Positions 52,412-60,567 of a stretch of DNA of 64,000 nt are shown piece after piece. A model generated the notes under the pieces. It was not told where the DNA came from. It did no database searches and saw only the letters and a list, made by a program, of their open reading frames with translations. Origin of the DNA: a virus; IMG/VR virus record IMGVR_UViG_3300020204_000036, positions 19,771 to 83,770 of that record. One strand, 5' to 3'. The position numbers and the translations under genes are program-made. Position 1 is the stretch's first letter; the number at the start of each line of letters is the position of its first letter.

Positions 52412-52753
52412 ATGGAAAAAGAAGAATTTGTGCCAGACTATGTTTATGATATTTTTGAATCATTGTTTAAAAACAATTTAAGACCAAATTGTGTAAAAAC
52501 AAAAAATATAACAAATGATGGGTTAAACCAATTAATAACGAAAGGTAGTCTTGTATGGTCTAACTCATTGTATGATTCAAAACATCAATATATTGAAGGT
52601 GCAATTAGATGGAGTAAACACGAAATTCTAATATATTTTCAAAAAAATAAAAACGAAAAAACCTATAAAATAAATATCTTAACAGATAACTTATCTAAAA
52701 TTGATATGTTATTAGTTGGTCTTAATAAATTTTTTACAATAGATAGTATATGA
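52412..52753 (+). CDS. Hypothetical protein
   Basis: 113 aa. Confidence 0.6.
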   Translation: MEKEEFVPDYVYDIFESLFKNNLRPNCVKTKNITNDGLNQLITKGSLVWSNSLYDSKHQYIEGAIRWSKHEILIYFQKNKNEKTYKINILTDNLSKIDMLLVGLNKFFTIDSI

Positions 52754-53040
52754 AACTTGTGATTTTATTTAGTATGAAAGGTTGTCCACATTGTGTTCAC
52801 TTGAAAGAATTGTTCGAAAAAAACAATATAATATATATTGATAGAGATATACATGAATATGAGGAAGAATATGAAGCGTTTGCCGAAGCTAAAAATAATG
52901 AGTTTGTTCCTGCACTTATGTTAATGACTTTAGAAGAAAATCAAGAAGATTACTCAAACGTTAAACTTTTAGCCCCTGATGATGATTATGAAGGTATCAC
53001 AGAGGCTTTAGAGTTAGTTAACAAATATTTGTCAGAATAA
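52750..53040 (+). CDS. Glutaredoxin-like protein
   Basis: FSMKGCPHC, FVPAL. Confidence 0.85.
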   Translation: MKLVILFSMKGCPHCVHLKELFEKNNIIYIDRDIHEYEEEYEAFAEAKNNEFVPALMLMTLEENQEDYSNVKLLAPDDDYEGITEALELVNKYLSE

Positions 53041-53883
53041 TATAAGTTCATTAATTAAATCAAGTTCTTCAGTTTTTGTTTCTAAATTTTCTTCAGAAAA
53101 AGTATCTAATAATGAATTTTTATCAAACGGGAAAACGTCAAGAACTAATGATTCTAACCATTCTGTTTTTACAATATGGTCACCATTAGTTATTTTAAAA
53201 ATAATGTTTTCTGAATTAATATCTTCATAGTTTTCATTACTATACATACAAAATTCTAAATTGTTAGATATTGACTTACTAAATAAGTGATTTGAAATGT
53301 AGTCCCCCAAATAATGGTATAGTTTTTCAGACCCAAACGACAAACCATATTTTTTATCAGAACAATATTCGATATTTTCAAAATTATATTTTATCAATTC
53401 AAAGTCGGGATAAATAGTTTTTATTTGTTCAATAAACAAAGAATCATCATCCGAACATTGATAAAAAATTACATTACTTTCTAAATCAATTTTTAAATTA
53501 GTTTTTAATCCTTTATTAAAAAAATCATCTACTAATGTTGTTAGTTTTTTTTCAGTATTAACACAACTTTTGTTGTAGTTAAAATTTATATTAAGGGGAT
53601 TTACTACTAAAACATCGACAAATTTTATAACATCAATTACTTTGATAGTTTCAAATAACTTGTCATTAAAGTTTTTTAAATAATCTTTGAATGTTTCGGC
53701 AATGTTTATTGTTTTAGTTGATGTTGTAAAACCATTAACAATAAAAAAACTCCTGTGATTAAATACCGTTATTTCAGTTTTACATTTAGGAGTTATTTCT
53801 TCTAATTTTTTAACAACAATTTCTGCTAAAGTATTACATAATCTTTTCCCATCTAAAGGGTTGTTGATTTCAATTTGTGACAT
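53032..53883 (-). CDS. Degenerate S-adenosylmethionine synthetase (MetK)-like protein
   Basis: N- and C-terminal segments follow the MetK pattern but catalytic motifs are missing. Confidence 0.45.
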   Translation of the reverse strand: MSQIEINNPLDGKRLCNTLAEIVVKKLEEITPKCKTEITVFNHRSFFIVNGFTTSTKTINIAETFKDYLKNFNDKLFETIKVIDVIKFVDVLVVNPLNINFNYNKSCVNTEKKLTTLVDDFFNKGLKTNLKIDLESNVIFYQCSDDDSLFIEQIKTIYPDFELIKYNFENIEYCSDKKYGLSFGSEKLYHYLGDYISNHLFSKSISNNLEFCMYSNENYEDINSENIIFKITNGDHIVKTEWLESLVLDVFPFDKNSLLDTFSEENLETKTEELDLINELILF

Positions 53884-53948
53884 TTTTAATATTTAACCTT
53901 TTTATTTTTTACAATCTTATGTAAAAAAAAAATTAAGTTAAATACTAA

Positions 53949-54083
53949 TTACTTTTTACTGTAATACTTTTCAACAATTTTTGTCACAGCACTTTTAACA
54001 GTTTGTGTTGACTGTTGTGCTTGTGTTTGAGTTTGTTGAGTCTGTGTTTGAGTTTGGTTGTTTTTGCATCCACATCCTGCCAT
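53949..54083 (-). CDS. Small GCGC / Gln-Thr-rich protein (44 aa)
   Basis: MAGCGCKNNQTQTQTQQ...IVEKYYSKK; TATTTAT upstream on the minus strand. Confidence 0.65.
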   Translation of the reverse strand: MAGCGCKNNQTQTQTQQTQTQAQQSTQTVKSAVTKIVEKYYSKK

Positions 54084-54188
54084 GGCTAAAATTTTTAATT
54101 AGTTTAGTTTATTATAAATATCTTTGATTACTACTTTAAATCAATAATTTAATTAATCAATTCTATTTTTTTAAATATTTATAAAAAT

Positions 54189-55388
54189 ATGTCTTACAAA
54201 AATATTATAAGAAAAATTATTTTAGAAAATGAGCAAGATGAAGTAGTTATTTCAGCTAGTGAATTGATAGAACTATTGAAGTATGTAAATTATGATGTTT
54301 CAAATATTCTCAGATTACCTCAATATAGAAATAAAAGAATCATAATTGACGGAAATTTGAATCTCAGTTACAATAGAGACATTCAAAATCTTAATTTAAT
54401 ATCAAAGATAAATGGAGATTTAGATATATCATATTCCAACGTTGACGTTTTTGACGAAGATAAAGCTAAAAGTATTAGAGACTATGGAAGTAGAAGAGAA
54501 ATTATTAGAAAACAAAAAGAACTACGAAAAAAACTCAATTATTTAGATGAATTAAGAAAAGAAGACGCTTGGAATATAAATAATAGAAAATTAATATCTT
54601 ACCAAACAGAGGCGTTATATGAATACTTAGAAGATAAGAAGTACCCCCAAGAAATTGAAGAAGACGGTGAAATAGTTTTGGAAGACAAATATAATATATA
54701 TCCTAACAATTATAACCATTATGGTGGCAAATCATTTACGTGGTTAGGAGAAGAGGGTATGGAAAATGAATACATAGTTTTTGATTCGAGAACAATCGAA
54801 CAAGACGCACGAGAAGCTATTGAATCTAGAATTGATGAATTAGGTTATGATGCATTTGCAAGTTGGGTATGGGAAGACCACCTTGACACAGATGCAGTTA
54901 GAAATTGGTTACGATGGTATATAGAAGAACCCGTTAGAGATAGTCCTGAAGATTATGGATTAGAAGAAAAACTTACAAAAGAACAAGAAAATTATCTTAG
55001 AACTTATGAAGAAAAAATATCTAAATTACAATACAGAATTGATAACGAAGATTTGGATGAAGAAACAATAGATAGTTTAGAAGAAGAAGTATCTGATTTA
55101 GAAGAACTTATTGAAGATATTAAAGAAAATCCAAAAGGTGGTTTTGACGAAAATGAAATTGAAGAGGCTATTGAAATGTGGGTAGATGATAATGAAGATG
55201 AATTTTTATCTTATTTTAAAGATACTGGTCTTGATAAGAGTGATATTTTGGATTATGTCGACCAAGGAGCTGTTATTAATTATATAATCAACCATGATAG
55301 TTGGGGTGATATATTTGGAAGTTATGATGGTGACCACGACGAAGTGATTGTGAAAGAACTTAATTTTGTTATCTTTAGATACAATTAA
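54189..55388 (+). CDS. Acidic protein with IILE leader and short L-domain/LRR-like repeats
   Basis: IIRKIILENE; IDGNLNLSY / INGDLDISY. Confidence 0.65.
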   Translation: MSYKNIIRKIILENEQDEVVISASELIELLKYVNYDVSNILRLPQYRNKRIIIDGNLNLSYNRDIQNLNLISKINGDLDISYSNVDVFDEDKAKSIRDYGSRREIIRKQKELRKKLNYLDELRKEDAWNINNRKLISYQTEALYEYLEDKKYPQEIEEDGEIVLEDKYNIYPNNYNHYGGKSFTWLGEEGMENEYIVFDSRTIEQDAREAIESRIDELGYDAFASWVWEDHLDTDAVRNWLRWYIEEPVRDSPEDYGLEEKLTKEQENYLRTYEEKISKLQYRIDNEDLDEETIDSLEEEVSDLEELIEDIKENPKGGFDENEIEEAIEMWVDDNEDEFLSYFKDTGLDKSDILDYVDQGAVINYIINHDSWGDIFGSYDGDHDEVIVKELNFVIFRYN

Positions 55389-55428
55389 TTTATTTACAGG
55401 TTAGGAACTTTTTCTTACATTTTTAAGT

Positions 55429-56181
55429 ATGGAAACAAATTGGCCGTTTCAAGAACCTATTGATTTAGAACACAAACAATATGTTTTATTGAGTTATCTA
55501 CAAAAAATTGATAAAGATTTAGAAAACTTTAAATTATACCCTAATTTTCAACTTTTATCTCTACATTTGGCAAACATTAATTTAATAATTCAAAAGGGTC
55601 AGTTTTTAAGTCTAACAAAAAAAATAAAAGAAAAAGATGAAGAAATATTAATCTCAGATTTAGTTGCTCAAGAAATTCCACCTTTGACTCAAGAAGATAT
55701 ATTAGAACTTTATAGAATTTGTAAATTTTCATCTTATAAGTTGCAAGATTTTTTTGACCAAGCAAAGGCAATATGGGAATTAGTAAATGATAGTGTTTCT
55801 CTTAGTGTTATTAATAATTTAAAAAGTTTTGATAAAAAAGAAGGATTATTTGTTATTGAAAATAACGGTAAAAATTTTTTATATGAATTTCATATAAAAG
55901 AAATTAAAAAAAACACGTCAGATTTAAAATGTCAAATTAAAAAAATATGTGAAATTAATGATTACAATTTATCTTCAGATTTATTTGAAGGTAAAAAAAC
56001 ATTAATTAAAAATTTACAAGAACCATCAATTCACAATAATTTAATATTTTTCAAAGTTAACCACGATAACAACTTTCCCTTCAACGAAACCCTTCTTCCA
56101 ATATCTAAAAGAAAAATACTAAATTATATACAACAGTCTAAAATCTTAAGTAAACCTAGTTTGACAAAAAGTGATAAATAA
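55429..56181 (+). CDS. Hypothetical protein
   Basis: 250 aa; IDLEHKQYVLLSYLQ. Confidence 0.6.
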   Translation: METNWPFQEPIDLEHKQYVLLSYLQKIDKDLENFKLYPNFQLLSLHLANINLIIQKGQFLSLTKKIKEKDEEILISDLVAQEIPPLTQEDILELYRICKFSSYKLQDFFDQAKAIWELVNDSVSLSVINNLKSFDKKEGLFVIENNGKNFLYEFHIKEIKKNTSDLKCQIKKICEINDYNLSSDLFEGKKTLIKNLQEPSIHNNLIFFKVNHDNNFPFNETLLPISKRKILNYIQQSKILSKPSLTKSDK

Positions 56182-56189
56182 GTTATAAT
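56161..56189 (+). promoter_or_regulatory. TTGACA-N17-TATAAT promoter
   Basis: Perfect consensus; similar sites at 28418 and 30216. Confidence 0.65.
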
Positions 56190-56194
56190 TTATT

Positions 56195-56317
56195 ATGAAA
56201 AAAAAAGAGTTAGTCAAAGAAATAAAAAATCTAATAGAAAAATATCCTAACGATACAGAATTGGGATGTGAAATTAGAAAGTTATATATAAGTCTAAAAG
56301 AAAAAAAACAAAAATGA
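56195..56317 (+). CDS. Small hypothetical protein (40 aa)
   Basis: EKYPNDTELG.EIR; follows a promoter, ATGA overlap. Confidence 0.55.
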   Translation: MKKKELVKEIKNLIEKYPNDTELGCEIRKLYISLKEKKQK

Positions 56318-57384
56318 AAGTTACATTAGAATACGTTTGGTTAGATGGATACACGCCAGAACCAAATCTTAGAAGCAAAGTTAAAGTGGAAGAAATGGAT
56401 TTAAATTCAATAGAATTTAAATTTCCTGAATGGGGCTTTGATGGTTCATCTACAATGCAAGCAGATACTGATAACTCAGATATAATTCTTAAACCTGTTA
56501 AATATTACTCGCAAAAATCATTTCCTTTAGAAAATAGTAGAATTTATGTTTTATGTGAAGTAATGAATCCTGACGGAACACCACATGAATCAAACATGAG
56601 GTCCAAAATCGATGACCAAAGTGATGTTTGGTTTGGATTTGAACAGGAATATTTCATTAAAAACAAAAAAACAAATGAAATATTAGGACACGACACAGGT
56701 TTTAGATTAGAACCACAAGGTAAATATTATTGCGGAGTTGGTCACAATGTTGTTGGTCGTAGTTTTGCAGAAGAACATATGCGTTTATGTATGTTATATG
56801 GTATTGAAATTACTGGTATAAATGCAGAAGTTGCTCTTGGACAATGGGAATACCAAATTTTTTCAAAAGGGAGTTTGAACGCAGCTGATGATTTATGGAT
56901 GAGTAGATATTTCTTGTACAGATTGTCTGAAAACTTTAACTATGAAATAGTATTACACCCAAAACCAATTAATGGTGATTGGAATGGTTCAGGAATGCAC
57001 ACAAACTTTTCAAGTGATAGAATGAGAACATTAGGAGGTTATGAATATTTTCAATCTATTTTTAACACTTTTGGTTCTAGACACGAAGACCACATCAGAG
57101 AATATGGTTCAAGTAATGAAATGAGACTTACGGGTAAACACGAAACACAAAGTATTAATAAATATTCTTATGGTGTTGGAGATAGAGGTGCTTCCATAAG
57201 AATACCCAAAACTACTGCAGAAAATTGGAAAGGTTATTTAGAAGATAGAAGACCAGCATCAAATGCCGATTCTTACAGAGTTGTTAATCAGGTTTTAAAA
57301 TCTTTGAATGCTGCCGAAGAACTCATGGAAATCACAATGAAAATGAATTCAAAAGTTGATATAAAAAGTTTGGATGGTAAATAA
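56314..57384 (+). CDS. glnII: Glutamine synthetase type II
   Basis: LEYVWLDG, LRSK, WGFDGSST, FEQEY, GINAEVALGQWEYQ, DWNGSGMHTNFS, RLTGKHET, DRGASIRIP, YLEDRRPASN. Confidence 0.95.
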   Translation: MKVTLEYVWLDGYTPEPNLRSKVKVEEMDLNSIEFKFPEWGFDGSSTMQADTDNSDIILKPVKYYSQKSFPLENSRIYVLCEVMNPDGTPHESNMRSKIDDQSDVWFGFEQEYFIKNKKTNEILGHDTGFRLEPQGKYYCGVGHNVVGRSFAEEHMRLCMLYGIEITGINAEVALGQWEYQIFSKGSLNAADDLWMSRYFLYRLSENFNYEIVLHPKPINGDWNGSGMHTNFSSDRMRTLGGYEYFQSIFNTFGSRHEDHIREYGSSNEMRLTGKHETQSINKYSYGVGDRGASIRIPKTTAENWKGYLEDRRPASNADSYRVVNQVLKSLNAAEELMEITMKMNSKVDIKSLDGK

Positions 57385-57437
57385 GGAACAAGACCTGCAG
57401 ATGAATTATTAAAAGAATATAGATAAGAGGAATAATA

Positions 57438-57662
57438 ATGGAACATGTTAATCACCCATTACATTACGGAGGAAAAAATAATGAATACGAGGTAATCAAA
57501 GTGATTGATGCTTGGGATTTAGGATTTAGTTTAGGAAATACAATAAAATATATATCACGTGCAGGAAAAAAAGGAAAAGATAAAGAACTCGAGGACCTCA
57601 GAAAAGCTCTCTGGTACCTTGAACACTACATCAAAACAATTGAAGAAAAAAACAGGAATTAA
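57438..57662 (+). CDS. DUF3310 family phage protein
   Basis: VNHPLHY, GFSLGNTIKYISRAGKK, EDLRKALWYL. Confidence 0.85.
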   Translation: MEHVNHPLHYGGKNNEYEVIKVIDAWDLGFSLGNTIKYISRAGKKGKDKELEDLRKALWYLEHYIKTIEEKNRN

Positions 57663-57954
57663 TAAAGAAATTACAGTTTGGGATGCACTCACAACTCCCA
57701 AAGAATTACTTAGAGAAACTTTTATAAATTTTTCTTGGGGATTTTTAGGTAACTCTGTTGTTGTATTTGTTGCAAAAGAACTGGACTTTATGGTTTTAAT
57801 TAATTATATTGTTTATTACATACTAATATCTTACATTGTAAATAGGAAAAAATACGACACAATATTAGGTAAATTTATAGTATTACCCGGTTCAGCTGCG
57901 GTTGGAGCATTCACAGGATATAAGTTGGCACAAATAATAGTTAATATTTTATAG
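57640..57954 (+). CDS. Membrane protein (start uncertain)
   Basis: Several hydrophobic segments. Confidence 0.5.
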   Translation: MKKKTGINKEITVWDALTTPKELLRETFINFSWGFLGNSVVVFVAKELDFMVLINYIVYYILISYIVNRKKYDTILGKFIVLPGSAAVGAFTGYKLAQIIVNIL

Positions 57955-57956
57955 AG

Positions 57957-58055
57957 ATGAAAACAGGATTTAGAGTGACCGCATTAATCATAGTAGTAGT
58001 TTGGTTAATAATGGTATGGACATTAGTATATGAATTGATAAAAATGATATTTTAA
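57957..58055 (+). CDS. Small single-TM protein (32 aa)
   Basis: MKTGFRVTALIIVVVWLIMVW...; fills the gap exactly. Confidence 0.5.
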   Translation: MKTGFRVTALIIVVVWLIMVWTLVYELIKMIF

Positions 58056-58056
58056 A

Positions 58057-58905
58057 ATGATAGAAACAGGAAAAATAATAAATGGTGATTGTATTGAAGT
58101 AATGAAAACACTTCCCGAAGGTAGTGTTGACCTTGTTGTTACTAGTTGTCCTTATGGTGTTGGTATTGATTATGATGTTCACGATGATGATGTTGAATTT
58201 GAGGATTATAAAATTTTCAGTCGTGATTGGTTAATGCAGGTTTATCGTGTATTAAAAGATGATGGTAGAATTGCTCTTAACATTCCTTATGAAATTAACA
58301 GACAGAAAAAAGGTGGACGTATCTTTTTTGTTTCAGAGATGTGGCAAATTATGAAAGAGATTGGTTATGGGTTCTTTGGTATTGTTGACCTTGAAGAACA
58401 ATCACCACATAGAAGTAAGACCACAGCATGGGGTTCTTGGATGAGTCCATCTTCACCCTACATATATAACCCAAAAGAATGTGTTATTTTAGCTTATAAA
58501 AAACATCATATTAAAAAAGTAAAAGGAGAACCTCAGTGGAAAGGTGTTCCTACAGAAATAGAACAAGAAGACGGAACAATAAAGAAAAAAACAGTATATG
58601 ATGAATCAGACAAAAAAGAATTTATTGAACTTGTTTATGGTCAGTGGAATTACTTTGCGGATACTAAGTCACTCACCAAGGCTACGTTCTCGATGGACAT
58701 ACCAACAAAGGCGATTAAGATATTATCCTACAAAAACGATGTAGTGTTAGACCCATTTGCGGGAAGTGGTACTAGTTTAGTGGCAGCCGAAGTATTAGGT
58801 AGAAGATGGTTAGGAATAGAACTATCACCAAACTATTCTGAAATTGCAAAAACAAGAGTTGAATATTTCAAAACAATGAAAGAAATTAAAAACCAAGAAT
58901 TATGA
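58057..58905 (+). CDS. Beta-class N4-C/N6-A DNA methyltransferase
   Basis: GDCIEVM, DLVVTSCPY, VLKDDG, VLDPFAGSGT, GIEL. Confidence 0.9.
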   Translation: MIETGKIINGDCIEVMKTLPEGSVDLVVTSCPYGVGIDYDVHDDDVEFEDYKIFSRDWLMQVYRVLKDDGRIALNIPYEINRQKKGGRIFFVSEMWQIMKEIGYGFFGIVDLEEQSPHRSKTTAWGSWMSPSSPYIYNPKECVILAYKKHHIKKVKGEPQWKGVPTEIEQEDGTIKKKTVYDESDKKEFIELVYGQWNYFADTKSLTKATFSMDIPTKAIKILSYKNDVVLDPFAGSGTSLVAAEVLGRRWLGIELSPNYSEIAKTRVEYFKTMKEIKNQEL

Positions 58906-59502
58906 TGGAAATTGTGGCGGAGGAGTGCCACTGTTCAAGCAGTTCTCCGTCTGTTTGTTCCATCTTATGATTGACTTTCCTTTTTCTTCACCGTTAATCC
59001 TGTCTTCATTCATAAAAAAGTTTGCATTTTTAAAAATATCATCCCAATCCTTTCTGTCTTCTTCATTTTCAGGTTTATTAAAAGGATTTAATATTGATTT
59101 ACCTTCCTTTTCTCTTTTTTTATTTTCTAAATCCCAAAATTTTTGAATGTCTTCATCAATATCTTGTAATTGGTTACCATCATAAAATTTACCTGGTGGT
59201 ATTTTTTCACATTCACCACTGTCCCTATTAAAATATTCGTCATCGGCACAAATTTTTTCACAACCAAATCCTGATACAAATACCTCATCAGGACCACATG
59301 AACTACATACTTCCGAATAATAATCCAAACGTTGACCGTCAGGGCACGTTATACATTTGTTTTTTTTGTAAGACCAATAACAATTAGCACCGGTATCTCT
59401 TTTTTTATCACACTCTTCTTCTGTTTTTGGGTCTTCTTCTTCTAATATTATACCCATCATTTTTTTCATACGATACAATTCTGTTTCAAGTAAAAGTTTC
59501 AT
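58900..59502 (-). CDS. Cys-rich repeat protein with N-terminal IILEE leader
   Basis: ELYRMKKMMGIILEE followed by CxxCP.G-type repeats. Confidence 0.7.
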   Translation of the reverse strand: MKLLLETELYRMKKMMGIILEEEDPKTEEECDKKRDTGANCYWSYKKNKCITCPDGQRLDYYSEVCSSCGPDEVFVSGFGCEKICADDEYFNRDSGECEKIPPGKFYDGNQLQDIDEDIQKFWDLENKKREKEGKSILNPFNKPENEEDRKDWDDIFKNANFFMNEDRINGEEKGKSIIRWNKQTENCLNSGTPPPQFPS

Positions 59503-59583
59503 AAATTATCTAATTTATTATATAAATATATTACAGAATATATAAAAAAACTGAATTTCATTTTTTAAAGGTATTTATATGTT

Positions 59584-60567
59584 ATGAAAACTCTAATAGT
59601 AGAAATATCAAGGATTAGACAAATGATGGGTATTATTGAAAGTATAGAAGATGATAAAAAAATATCAGACGAATATATGAGTTATCTTAGAAACACATCA
59701 ATTGATGACCAATTAAAACAAACAAATGATAAGAATTATCAAGAATTAAGAACAAAAGCTGTCGAAGCAGGGGGTAGACTTGCTCAATATGAAAAAATAG
59801 AAAATGCAACATCTTTAGATGAATTAATAAATTTATTTTCAAAAGACTGGGAGTTTAAGGATTATGTAAGAAATAATTTTTGTGGTGATGAAGAAATTGA
59901 TGGAATAATAGAAGTTTTATGTATTTTCAGTGGGGGGTCTAATGAAGAGTATTTAGGAAAAGAAAGATGTAATTGGCATAGAAGTGTATTTTCTAATTTA
60001 ACAATTGACACCAATTTACTTGACTTAATACCAGGACTTAAAGAAAAGGCATTAAAATTAAAAAGAATAAGTAGTACAAATAAAATAAAATCAAATTTTG
60101 AAACTACTCGGCCAAACATTGAAAAAAACAAACAAAGTATTAGTGCTGACCAATACATATCAAAACTAAACTACAGTGATGTTGGTTACAATAATGTCGA
60201 TACTGGTGGTAGTATGAGAAAATACGCCGAAGCGATATCAAAAGAAGACCCAAATGAAGTTGAATCGTTGGTAAAAAGTTTAATTAGTAGGTTTAAAGAC
60301 TTAATGACAACTAAAGTGAATAAAGAAATTAGCCGAGCCGGCATGAGTGAAAGTTGGGCATATTGGGATGTTGGTAAACAACTTTATTTTTATAATAATC
60401 CTGAAGAAAGTAATTATAAACTTGGAAATCCTTTAACCGATGAATCGATACAACAAACTATTATAAACAGAATGATTGGTTGGGAAGTTACAAATGGTGG
60501 GAAAAAACCTAATGGGGATAAATATTCTTCTAAAGAATTAGCAAATATTGGAGAAACTTATATATGA
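59584..60567 (+). CDS. Hypothetical protein with EISRIRQMMGIIE leader
   Basis: 327 aa; TATTTAT at 59572. Confidence 0.7.
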   Translation: MKTLIVEISRIRQMMGIIESIEDDKKISDEYMSYLRNTSIDDQLKQTNDKNYQELRTKAVEAGGRLAQYEKIENATSLDELINLFSKDWEFKDYVRNNFCGDEEIDGIIEVLCIFSGGSNEEYLGKERCNWHRSVFSNLTIDTNLLDLIPGLKEKALKLKRISSTNKIKSNFETTRPNIEKNKQSISADQYISKLNYSDVGYNNVDTGGSMRKYAEAISKEDPNEVESLVKSLISRFKDLMTTKVNKEISRAGMSESWAYWDVGKQLYFYNNPEESNYKLGNPLTDESIQQTIINRMIGWEVTNGGKKPNGDKYSSKELANIGETYI

